From Candidatus Aceula lacicola (lineage in GTDB: Bacteria; Omnitrophota; Gorgyraeia; Zapsychrales; Aceulaceae): a DNA stretch of 64,000 bases. Within the stretch, counting starts at the first letter, position 1; each line of letters begins with the position of its first letter. A program made the position numbers and the translations under genes. The DNA is taken from the NCBI GenBank assembly GCA_030765785.1, contig JAVCCC010000028.1:2826-66825 (forward strand). The letters run 5' to 3'. Under the pieces are notes generated by a model, which searched no databases, was not told the origin of the DNA, and saw only the letters and a program-made list of their open reading frames with translations. Shown piece by piece: positions 52,807-61,784 of this stretch.

Positions 52807-53283
52807 TTATTTAAAAACTTTCGGCACCCACAATCCTACATAATAAGTCACAATAATAACAAGAATCGCAATCACCAAATGCTCTGCAATAGCCTTTGCA
52901 GGATTTGCTTTATCTTTCTTCGCAATATAATAACTAAACAATCCTAAAACAAGCAATCCCCATCCAATACTTACAAAAATCGCTGTTAACGTCTCAAGAA
53001 AAATAATAGGCAGAACAAAAATCATAGAAAAGAAAAACTTAACTACAAAAGTCGATATTGTCGCTTCCCAAATTTCTCTTGCGCTATGAACGCCTTCCGC
53101 CTCTTCAGAAAGATGAATTCCAAGAGCATCTGAAAATGCATCAGCAATCGCAATTGTTAAAATCCCACCAACAACAACCATCTTAGACCCTGTTCCCGAA
53201 TAAAGACCAACAATTAACCCCAAAGTCGTGATAATTCCTGAACTAAGCCCGAAACTAAAACCTTTTTGAATGGAATGATTCAT
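52807..53283 (-). CDS. Small polytopic membrane protein, VIT1/CCC1-like (putative Fe/Mn transporter-like)
   Basis: 158 aa with 4-5 TM helices. GLSSGIITTLGLIVG motif resembles the VIT family. Confidence 0.35.
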   Translation of the reverse strand: MNHSIQKGFSFGLSSGIITTLGLIVGLYSGTGSKMVVVGGILTIAIADAFSDALGIHLSEEAEGVHSAREIWEATISTFVVKFFFSMIFVLPIIFLETLTAIFVSIGWGLLVLGLFSYYIAKKDKANPAKAIAEHLVIAILVIIVTYYVGLWVPKVFK

Positions 53284-53303
53284 TTCTTTTTTTCTTTTTT
53301 TCT

Positions 53304-53834
53304 TTATTTTCTATCAAAAAATGGATTCTTTGATGTTGCGCTTAATGGAATTGCATAGGCAATCTTAACGTCTTTTCCAAGAATTCCCATTTCAAGAGCT
53401 GCCTGTCCGACACTATACATAATACGATTATCAATACGATGATCCATAGCTACGCTAACTGCAGAACCAATTGCAATACCTAGGTCTCCTATATTAAAAA
53501 CGCATGGAATATTCTTATGCTCATCTTTTTGTGCGCAATCTTTAAAACCACACATGCCACACTTCTTTAAACCCATCGGCTTAATCGTTGTGCCAGCTAA
53601 GATCATAATAGAAGAATTTAAAATATTTTGCGCGTCTCTTAAAAATCCAGGAGCATCATATTTTTCGCCCATTTCATTTATTTTTTTAGAAAGAATTTCA
53701 ATGTCTTTACGCTCTGCAATCTTAAAAACAAAAGTATCCGCCCCTTTTCCCTTAGGAGCCGTACGTGCAGCTATGATCATTTTTTGTGCGACATCTTTAA
53801 GTGATTGTTCTTTTATTTCATTTTCTTCAATCAT
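53304..53834 (-). CDS. DUF2148-like ferredoxin-domain protein
   Basis: 176 aa. CGMCGFKDC Cys cluster and overall length fit DUF2148. Confidence 0.45.
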   Translation of the reverse strand: MIEENEIKEQSLKDVAQKMIIAARTAPKGKGADTFVFKIAERKDIEILSKKINEMGEKYDAPGFLRDAQNILNSSIMILAGTTIKPMGLKKCGMCGFKDCAQKDEHKNIPCVFNIGDLGIAIGSAVSVAMDHRIDNRIMYSVGQAALEMGILGKDVKIAYAIPLSATSKNPFFDRK

Positions 53835-54050
53835 GCACCCTCCCCTTTAAGAAATAACATCTTTATGCTATCACAAAGAAAAGCTGTTTTCTATAGACAA
53901 GCACGCAATCTTACAAATTTATCTGCTAACAAACAAATGCAATATTCATAAATTACTGAGCAAATTTACCCAAAAAACACAAACAATACAAAATTTTCTT
54001 CTATTTTCCTCTTGGTCTTTTTGCATTCAAAGTGTACAATAAAAACCGTT

Positions 54051-55178
54051 ATGGACAAAACAAATATTACAATTATTGGAGCTGGAATTTGCGGTCTTGC
54101 CACAAGCTTCATCTTATCGCAAAAATATAAAGATATCTTTGTCGTTGAACAACGCGATTCTTTTGGACGCGAAACATCTTCTCGTAATTCTGAGGTTATC
54201 CACGCCGGAATTTACTATCCAAAAAATTCTCTCAAAGCAAATCTGTGTATTAAAGGAAAAACACTACTTTATGATTTATGCAAAAAACATAATATCCCTC
54301 ACCAACAACTTGGAAAAATCCTGGTCGCTTGTGATAACGCAGAAGAGAAAACAATTGAAGGCATTCAAAGAAATGCAGCTGAAAATGGCGTCAACAATCT
54401 TCGTTTTCTCAAAAAAGGTGAACTTGACACTTTAGAGCCAGATATAAAAGCACAAAAGGCACTCCTATGTCCCGACACGGGTATCGTTGACTCACATAAG
54501 CTTATGCACTTTTTTTCTGAAAAATCTAAAAACAACAACGTTGAATTTGCTTATAGCATAAAAGTTATCAACATCACAAAAAAAGACTCTGAATACGAAA
54601 TTACCGTCAAAGAGCCATCTGGTGAACTTTTTTCTTTTAAAACAAATATTATTATTAACGCTGGTGGATTCTATGCCGATGAAATTGCTTCAATGGCAGG
54701 CATTGATATTGAAAAAAATAAATACAAAATTCATTACAGCAAAGGTCAATATTTTCGCATTAGCCATCCTAAAAAATTTAAAATTAATCATCTCATCTAT
54801 CCACCGCCAAGCACTACCGATTTAGGCATTCATATCACTCCAGACTTAGCTGGAGGGCTTCGCCTTGGACCAGATGCAGCCTTTGTTGATACGATTGATT
54901 ATGCCATCAACGAACAAGATAAAGAAAAATTCGCAACGTCTGTTTCTCGATTTCTTAAAGACCTATCAATCGATGATCTCGTACCCGATACATGTGGCAT
55001 TCGAGCAAAGCTCCAAGCACCAACAGAAAACTTTAGAGATTTTGTTGTCACTCATGAAAAAGACAAAGGACTTGAAGGTTTTATTAATTTACTCGGAATT
55101 GAATCGCCAGGCCTAACGTCTTGCCTAGCCATTGCTGAAATGATAAAAGACCTTTTACAGCCTTTCGATAATCATTGA
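54051..55178 (+). CDS. FAD-dependent oxidoreductase, L-2-hydroxyglutarate oxidase (LhgO)-like
   Basis: GAGICGLA dinucleotide-binding motif and SSRNSEVIHAGIYYP motif. ATG at 54051 chosen over the upstream TTG of the track ORF. Confidence 0.65.
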   Translation: MDKTNITIIGAGICGLATSFILSQKYKDIFVVEQRDSFGRETSSRNSEVIHAGIYYPKNSLKANLCIKGKTLLYDLCKKHNIPHQQLGKILVACDNAEEKTIEGIQRNAAENGVNNLRFLKKGELDTLEPDIKAQKALLCPDTGIVDSHKLMHFFSEKSKNNNVEFAYSIKVINITKKDSEYEITVKEPSGELFSFKTNIIINAGGFYADEIASMAGIDIEKNKYKIHYSKGQYFRISHPKKFKINHLIYPPPSTTDLGIHITPDLAGGLRLGPDAAFVDTIDYAINEQDKEKFATSVSRFLKDLSIDDLVPDTCGIRAKLQAPTENFRDFVVTHEKDKGLEGFINLLGIESPGLTSCLAIAEMIKDLLQPFDNH

Positions 55179-56318
55179 AACTCCACCGCCACCACCAAAA
55201 CAAATACTCATTAATCCAATCTTTTTATTTTGATCTTCTAAAGCATACAAAAGGGTTGTAAGAATTCTTGTCGCTGTTGAGCCTAAGGGATGTCCTAACG
55301 CAATATCTCCACCAAAAATATTAAATTTTGCATCTTCAATGTTCAATCTTTCTTTTGTCAAAACAGCTTGCGATGCAAACGACTCTCCAATTTCAAAAAG
55401 ATCGATATCATTTCTTTTCAAATTACATTTCTCAAGACATTTCTCTGCTGCTTTAATAGCGCCTAAAAAAGAATCTTTAGGATCAATAGCAACAGATGAA
55501 TAGCCTAAGATCTTCGCTTTAGGTTTAAGCTCGTATTTCTTCATAGCTTGTTCGTCTGCCAATAAAATAATCGCTGCAGCATCTGCAGCGGATGATGCAT
55601 TGCCAGGCGTAACAGTTCCATCCTCTTTAAAAGAACTCGGAAGTCTCTGCATCTTTTCTAAACTAATATTCTTTCTTGCACGCTCATCTTTTGAAAAAAT
55701 TTCACCATTTTCTTTTTTAATACCAACAATTTCTTGATCAAACTTTCCTTGAAGCTGTGCCTGCAATGCTTTTTGATGACTTTCAAAAGCAAGCTTATCT
55801 TGTGCTTCTCGTGAAATGTTAAATTCTTTAGCTAAATTTTCCGCCAACTCTCCCATATGAGAATCTGCCATCACACACCAAAGCCCATCAGAAAGAAGAC
55901 TCTCTATCGGCTCTTGTTCTCTTTTAATAATTTGAGGATTATGCGTTGCGCTCTCTGCTCCTCCAGCTAAAACCAAATTAGCTTCGCCGCTTAATATAGC
56001 TTGAACTCCAACAATAACAGACTGAAGACCAGAACCACAAACACTGTTAATTGTAAAAGCGGGAATATTGATATTCAAATCAGATAAAAAAACAGCATGA
56101 CGAGCCATATTTTGACCTGTTCCAGCTGAAACCGCATGCCCTAAAACAACTTGATCAATACCTTTCTTAATTTTAGGATAGCGCCTGCAAATTTCATCAA
56201 TGACAAATCCAGCAAGCTGTGCAGCCGAAAAAGTTTTTAGACTTTTATGCGTACTACCAATAGGGGTGCGCACACCGTCAACAATATAAATAAAATTTAA
56301 AATTTGATTGGAAGCCAT
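55155..56318 (-). CDS. Acetyl-CoA C-acetyltransferase (thiolase)
   Basis: Active-site Cys region NSVCGSGLQSV. C-terminal CFGGGGGVSMIIE. Confidence 0.85.
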   Translation of the reverse strand: MASNQILNFIYIVDGVRTPIGSTHKSLKTFSAAQLAGFVIDEICRRYPKIKKGIDQVVLGHAVSAGTGQNMARHAVFLSDLNINIPAFTINSVCGSGLQSVIVGVQAILSGEANLVLAGGAESATHNPQIIKREQEPIESLLSDGLWCVMADSHMGELAENLAKEFNISREAQDKLAFESHQKALQAQLQGKFDQEIVGIKKENGEIFSKDERARKNISLEKMQRLPSSFKEDGTVTPGNASSAADAAAIILLADEQAMKKYELKPKAKILGYSSVAIDPKDSFLGAIKAAEKCLEKCNLKRNDIDLFEIGESFASQAVLTKERLNIEDAKFNIFGGDIALGHPLGSTATRILTTLLYALEDQNKKIGLMSICFGGGGGVSMIIERL

Positions 56319-58735
56319 TTGGTTAGAGAAACAACCGTAGTTTCGTCTGGGGTTAGTTTATATCTTTTATTATTAATAACAATAAAGATTTCCGCTGGAC
56401 CCTGCAAAGAAATCCGTTTTAAAAGTTCCGACTTAACAGTAATTTCTTCTCTTGTAATTTTAATATTAAGCCAAATATCCCGATAACGAACAGAAAACTT
56501 CATCTTTTTCCATTTTTCTGGAAGCTTAGGATTAAGAGAAATTTGGGTATCTTGAACACTCAATCCAGCGAAACATCGCATTACCAAATCAATCGTACCT
56601 GCCATAACACCACAATGAATACCTTCCTGCGTTGTACCGCCCTGACTATCATAGATGTCACTCTTAAGAGCATCTTGAAAATGCTCCATAGCTAACTCTT
56701 CATAGTCAACACGTTCGGCTAAATACGCATGAACAACACGGCTTAACGTTGAGCCATGAGACGTACGTTTAACATAATAATCATAATTCTTTCGAAAAAT
56801 ATCTTTTGAAATAGGATATCCCAACTTCTTAAAAATTGCTCGAACTTCTTCATCATTAAGAAGATAAAACGTCATTAAAGTATCCGCTTGCTTCGCTACT
56901 TTATAATTATCAGGAGAAGATCCTTCCGCCTTTAAAATCCGATCAATACGATGAATATTATCATATTTTTCACGATACTCATCCCAATCCAATTCCTTAA
57001 GATCCATGTACCCTTCAAACTGATGAATAATCCCATCTTTCCCCATCGGGATAGTCATTTTCGTCGTAATATCTCGCCACCGCTCTACTTCCTCAGCAGA
57101 AACTTCAATTTTTAAAAGAAGGGCTTGTCTATCCTCTTCACTCATTGAATCAAGCAAAAATAATGCTTTTTCTAAAATCCAAACAACTAAAATATTTGTA
57201 TATGCATTATTCTTAACTCCTGGTTTTTCTGAACCTGGAAGTTTCTCGTGAAATTCATCCGGCCCCATAACACCTTCAATACAATATCTTTTTGTTGATT
57301 CATCAAAGGTTGTAATGCTAGACCAAAAATGAGAAATTTCTAAAATCATTTCAGCCCCATAACGAGCAAGAAAATCACTATCTCCAGAAGTGTAATAATA
57401 TGTCCACACATTATAAGCAATAGCAATCGAAACATGTCTTTGTAGACAACTGTTATCTGGTCCCCATTTTCCAGATAACGGATTCAAATGAACAACCTGT
57501 GTTGTCTCATTTCCAGAAGAAGCGCTTTGCCATGGATACATAGCTCCTTTATATCCATTTTCTCTAGCATATTCCTTTGCGGCCGATAGTCGACGATATC
57601 GATACATTAAAAGTGCCCGCGTAATTTCTGGAGCCTTTAAATTGTAAAAAGGATAGACGTATAATTCATCCCAAAAAATATGTCCACGATACGCCTCTCC
57701 ATGAAGCCCTCTCGCCGGAAGACCAGCATCAATTTCTTCATTATAAGTCGAAGCAACTTGAAGTGAATGAAATGTATGTAATCGCAATGCCAACTGACTA
57801 AAATCATCACCCTCAATCTCGATATCAAACTTTTTCCATAAAGCACGCCATTTGGCAACATGTGGCTTATAAAGACTATCAAAATTCTCTATTTTTGAAA
57901 CAGCCTCTTGTGCCATTGCACAGCTATCCACAACACCATGATCTCGAGATGTGTACAAGCTCATGACTTTGTCGATGGTATATCTTTTCCCTTTTTCAAC
58001 ATCAATAATAAATTCTTTAACTGCACGCTCACGTCCATGAGTTAAAACATTCATTTTAGGATTAATTTTCTCACCCTCACAAAAAACAACTGTTCGTACC
58101 GCCTCAGTAATTTCAATCTTAGATTGATTTGTCTGCATCTGCAAAAAAATACCGTCCTGCCCAAAACACCCTAAAGATTTCGGCTCTAGATGTTTTGAAT
58201 TAAGCTGCTTATATCTTTCAACTCCAGCATTAATAATTTGCCCATCGATCCCGCTTCGAATTGTTATTTTGCCACTATAATTTTCAGGAGTAATTGTACA
58301 TCTAAGAGCTGCATAATGAGGATTAGCCATACTAACGAGACGATAGTTGTCCATCGTCGTGATTCGTCCTTTTTCATCTTGCCAACGTACGCGTCGAGAC
58401 AAAACCCCTTTACGCATATTTAAAGTCATTTTCCACGAAAGAATTTTTACTTTTAAACGATCAAACCAAGGACCATTCTCAATGCGAATATTAAGCATCA
58501 ACCAATTAGGACAATTTACAAAATCTTCATTAGCAACTTTTTTTCCCGAAACATCCGTTATAAGCTCATTATAGACGCCTGCAATATACGTACCTGGATA
58601 ATGCACTTTTGTTGCTGAGGTTTCCGGAGCAGCACCACGCGTTCCAAAATAACCATTTCCAAGAGTACAAAGGGCTTCTCTTAGATTTTCTTCTTCTGGA
58701 ACAAACTTATCGTATATTAATTTCCACGTATTCAT
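56297..58735 (-). CDS. Glycoside hydrolase family 65 disaccharide phosphorylase (kojibiose/trehalose/maltose-phosphorylase type)
   Basis: 812 aa. N-terminal LGNGYFGTRGA motif and (alpha/alpha)6 catalytic domain of GH65. Confidence 0.75.
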   Translation of the reverse strand: MNTWKLIYDKFVPEEENLREALCTLGNGYFGTRGAAPETSATKVHYPGTYIAGVYNELITDVSGKKVANEDFVNCPNWLMLNIRIENGPWFDRLKVKILSWKMTLNMRKGVLSRRVRWQDEKGRITTMDNYRLVSMANPHYAALRCTITPENYSGKITIRSGIDGQIINAGVERYKQLNSKHLEPKSLGCFGQDGIFLQMQTNQSKIEITEAVRTVVFCEGEKINPKMNVLTHGRERAVKEFIIDVEKGKRYTIDKVMSLYTSRDHGVVDSCAMAQEAVSKIENFDSLYKPHVAKWRALWKKFDIEIEGDDFSQLALRLHTFHSLQVASTYNEEIDAGLPARGLHGEAYRGHIFWDELYVYPFYNLKAPEITRALLMYRYRRLSAAKEYARENGYKGAMYPWQSASSGNETTQVVHLNPLSGKWGPDNSCLQRHVSIAIAYNVWTYYYTSGDSDFLARYGAEMILEISHFWSSITTFDESTKRYCIEGVMGPDEFHEKLPGSEKPGVKNNAYTNILVVWILEKALFLLDSMSEEDRQALLLKIEVSAEEVERWRDITTKMTIPMGKDGIIHQFEGYMDLKELDWDEYREKYDNIHRIDRILKAEGSSPDNYKVAKQADTLMTFYLLNDEEVRAIFKKLGYPISKDIFRKNYDYYVKRTSHGSTLSRVVHAYLAERVDYEELAMEHFQDALKSDIYDSQGGTTQEGIHCGVMAGTIDLVMRCFAGLSVQDTQISLNPKLPEKWKKMKFSVRYRDIWLNIKITREEITVKSELLKRISLQGPAEIFIVINNKRYKLTPDETTVVSLTKWLPIKF

Positions 58736-58741
58736 AAATAA

Positions 58742-59518
58742 TTAAGTAATTTGAATAAATGTTTCTAAAACTTCCTTAACGTCTTGTGGATTCTTGACAA
58801 TATACTCAGCTTCAGTTTCTCTTTCAGCCGTAGCAACCAAAATCCCAAAACCTTTTTCCTTTAATGCTCTAAACGCATCTTCGTCCGTTGTATCATCCCC
58901 CAAATAAACAGGTAAAATATCTTTCTGTTCTTTTTCAAAAATACTAAGAATCCAATCAACAGCTTTTCCTTTATGCCAATCTATTTTAGGGCGAATTTCA
59001 AAAACTTTTTTACCACTTGTTTTTCGAAGCTGCGGATATTGACTTAAAACACCATCAACCTCTTGCTCAAACTTTGGAAAATCTTCATCAGAAACCAAAC
59101 GATAATGCGCCGAAACCGTATACTTAACATTTTCAATTAAGGCACCCTTGATATCTTTTACTTTTTCGGCTAATTTCTGCTGAACTTCATCAATCACCGG
59201 CCGTATGGCCTGAGCCTCTTCATTAATTTTAACTTCTCCCAAAGGATCATTAATTTCAAATCCATGACTTCCTGCATAAAAAATACCGTCAATTTTAACC
59301 TTAGATCTAACATCATCTGTCGCACGCCCAGAAACAATCGCAACCTTAATCTTTTTGGATAATTTCTCAACAACTAAACGCATATCATCAGAAATAATGG
59401 CCAAATCTGGCGTTGCCACAATAGGGGTAAGCGTTCCATCATAATCTAAAAAAACAACTAACGTTTTTCCATGTAATCGAGCCTTAATCTCATCTAAACT
59501 TTCAAAAAACTTTCTCAT
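58742..59518 (-). CDS. HAD-IIB phosphatase, trehalose-6-phosphate phosphatase-like
   Basis: VFLDYDGTLTP motif I and downstream GDD motif. Confidence 0.65.
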   Translation of the reverse strand: MRKFFESLDEIKARLHGKTLVVFLDYDGTLTPIVATPDLAIISDDMRLVVEKLSKKIKVAIVSGRATDDVRSKVKIDGIFYAGSHGFEINDPLGEVKINEEAQAIRPVIDEVQQKLAEKVKDIKGALIENVKYTVSAHYRLVSDEDFPKFEQEVDGVLSQYPQLRKTSGKKVFEIRPKIDWHKGKAVDWILSIFEKEQKDILPVYLGDDTTDEDAFRALKEKGFGILVATAERETEAEYIVKNPQDVKEVLETFIQIT

Positions 59519-60276
59519 TTCTTTATCTCCTCAAGCCATTCTTCAATTTTTTGAGCATTAACACCTTCAAAATGATTAACAACAATATCCGCTCCATTAT
59601 TTTTCAAATCATCATCGTTGCCTTCACGAGCTACTCCTAAAACTAATGCAAAGCCCCCATTCTTTCCTGCCTGAACACCTGAAACTGCATCTTCAACCAC
59701 AACAGCCCTATCTGGCGTGCATCCAACATTCTCACAAGCTGTCACAAAAATATCACCTTCAGGTTTTCCTTTTAACCCCATTTCAGCTGAAACAACGCCA
59801 TCTACACGTGTTTCAAAAAGATCCTCTAATCCTGTTTTTTGCAAAATAAGCTGACAATTTTTACTTGAAGAAGCAACCCCTATATGAATACCATTAGCCT
59901 TTAGATCTTTCATTAAAGCCACAGCCGGATCAAAAACTTCAGCTCCCTTTTCCTCTAAAATACTTTTAAACTTAACATTTTTCTTATTTCCAAGACCACA
60001 GGCAGTTTCTTCCCCTGGAACATCAGTCGGATCTCCAAATGGAATATTAATCCCTCGGGATTCTAAGAAGCTCTCAACGCCTTTATAGCGAGGTTTGCCA
60101 TCAACAAAAGGAAGATAATCTTTTTCGTGAGTAAATTCTTTAAAAAGCTCCTTGTCTCTTTGTTCTCTAAGCTTAAGATACTCATCAAACATTTGTTTCC
60201 AAGAAGCGGCATGAACTAAAGCTGTTTTTGTGATAACACCATCTAAATCAAAAATAACCGCATCGTAATTCTTCAT
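59515..60276 (-). CDS. pgmB: Beta-phosphoglucomutase (HAD-IA)
   Basis: AVIFDLDGVITKT motif I with the beta-PGM cap. Adjacent to the GH65 phosphorylase. Confidence 0.75.
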   Translation of the reverse strand: MKNYDAVIFDLDGVITKTALVHAASWKQMFDEYLKLREQRDKELFKEFTHEKDYLPFVDGKPRYKGVESFLESRGINIPFGDPTDVPGEETACGLGNKKNVKFKSILEEKGAEVFDPAVALMKDLKANGIHIGVASSSKNCQLILQKTGLEDLFETRVDGVVSAEMGLKGKPEGDIFVTACENVGCTPDRAVVVEDAVSGVQAGKNGGFALVLGVAREGNDDDLKNNGADIVVNHFEGVNAQKIEEWLEEIKK

Positions 60277-60411
60277 TTCACGCTCTCTCTTTCTAAACCT
60301 TTATTTTTCTAACACTTAGGACTGTACTGCAGTAAATGCATTTTGTATTAGATATTATAAGCGATAAATCAGATATTGGCAAGCAATTCTCAGAAAGACA
60401 AGCTCTTGTGA

Positions 60412-60960
60412 TCAATATTCTGCCGTCATAACGTAATCAACAAAAACAGCCAGAGTTTGAGGTCCTATTTTTCCATCTGGAGTAAGCCCTCTTAATTCTT
60501 GAAGCTTTCTGATCGCCTCAACTGTTTTTGGACCTAATTTTCCATCTATTTTCCCAGGATTAAACCCTTCTTTCACTAGAATTTCCTGAATAAAAGCCAC
60601 ATCAACTTCTCCATCAGAAACAAGACCTAAATTTGAAAAAGAATTCAATTCTTTCCAGGTTGCCTGATCCACATATCGGCTAACCTTGAGCCCCTGATCC
60701 TCTTGAAATCTTGCAATTGCCTCTCGAACCTTTGATCCCATTTTTCCATCTATTTTCCCACAAGAATATCCGTTGACCTTTAAAAGCTTCTGAGTTTGCT
60801 CAACTTTTTCATTAGGCATAAAAGGAATAATTTCCCCTATCAAAATCTTTTCTTCAGCCGCTTCTTTTTGAATAATGCCATAAATAAAATCACATCCCAA
60901 GAAATTTTGGATACAGATAAATAAAACTAGTAAAAATATTATTTTTTTCTTTAATCCCAT
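60412..60960 (-). CDS. Lipoprotein with two peptidoglycan-binding (PG_binding_1) repeats
   Basis: Signal peptide with FLGC lipobox. Two LQ..L...GY....DG..G..T..A...FQ repeats. Confidence 0.6.
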   Translation of the reverse strand: MGLKKKIIFLLVLFICIQNFLGCDFIYGIIQKEAAEEKILIGEIIPFMPNEKVEQTQKLLKVNGYSCGKIDGKMGSKVREAIARFQEDQGLKVSRYVDQATWKELNSFSNLGLVSDGEVDVAFIQEILVKEGFNPGKIDGKLGPKTVEAIRKLQELRGLTPDGKIGPQTLAVFVDYVMTAEY

Positions 60961-60971
60961 TCTAGAAACAA

Positions 60972-61005
60972 ACGGCTCCTATCTTTATAGAACAGGAGCC
61001 GACCT
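60972..61005 (-). terminator. Hairpin terminator after the REC gene pair
   Basis: GGCTCCT/AGGAGCC inverted repeat followed on the minus strand by UUUGUUUCU. Confidence 0.35.
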
Positions 61006-61023
61006 TATTAAATTTTATATTTT

Positions 61024-61383
61024 CTACAGAGTTAATTTTTCAATAGACTCTAAAAGATATTTAAAATCCACGGTCTTAACCGTAAAATCATCTGCTCCAG
61101 ATTCCCTAGCCCTCCGAGCATCTACAGCCTCGAGCTTTCCTGTATAAATAATAATTTTTACCTCATCATTATCATTTTTAATTTTTCGACACACATCAAA
61201 ACCGTTTTCATCTGGAAGCATGACATCTAAAATAATAACACATGGATTTTCTTGCTTTAAAATCTCTAAGCCCTCTTTTGCCGTTGAGGCAACAAATGTC
61301 TTGTACCCAACAGCCTCAAGATTTGCTTTTAATATTTTTTGGATGTCCAACTCATCTTCAATAACCAAAACTTTCTTTTCCAT
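61024..61383 (-). CDS. Single-domain response regulator (receiver)
   Basis: EDELD...DVMLPDENG...K receiver motifs. Confidence 0.7.
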   Translation of the reverse strand: MEKKVLVIEDELDIQKILKANLEAVGYKTFVASTAKEGLEILKQENPCVIILDVMLPDENGFDVCRKIKNDNDEVKIIIYTGKLEAVDARRARESGADDFTVKTVDFKYLLESIEKLTL

Positions 61384-61392
61384 GTTTCTCTC

Positions 61393-61761
61393 CTAGTCTA
61401 ATAATTTCTTTATTTTCTCCAACAGCTCTTCATAATCAAACGGCTTAAACATATAATCCTGCGCTCCAGCCTCTGCAGCTCTTTCTTTAAAACCTTCTGA
61501 TGCTGTCGATGCCGTTAAAAACATAACAGGGATACTCTTAAAATTGTCATCTGCTTTAATTCTTTTACACACTTCAATTCCATTAAGCAAAGGAAGCGTA
61601 ATATCCAAAAGAACGATATCTGGACGCTCATCTGCAATCATATCCAATGCCATTTGCCCATTAATCGCCGTCCTAACATCATATCCTTCTTTTTTAAGAC
61701 GAAAGATGACAACCTTTAAAATATCCGGCTCATCATCTACAGCCAAAATCTTTTTAGACAC
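61393..61761 (-). CDS. Single-domain response regulator (receiver)
   Basis: DDEPD...DITLP...LTAS...K receiver motifs. Confidence 0.7.
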   Translation of the reverse strand: MSKKILAVDDEPDILKVVIFRLKKEGYDVRTAINGQMALDMIADERPDIVLLDITLPLLNGIEVCKRIKADDNFKSIPVMFLTASTASEGFKERAAEAGAQDYMFKPFDYEELLEKIKKLLD

Positions 61762-61784
61762 GGCACCCTCCTGTTTATCAAACT

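Noticed and set aside
54012-54050. TTG-initiated N-terminal extension of the LhgO-like gene
   Set aside because: The Rossmann GxGxxG motif starts right after the ATG at 54051. The upstream 13 codons (VFLHSKCTIKTV) are not conserved-looking.
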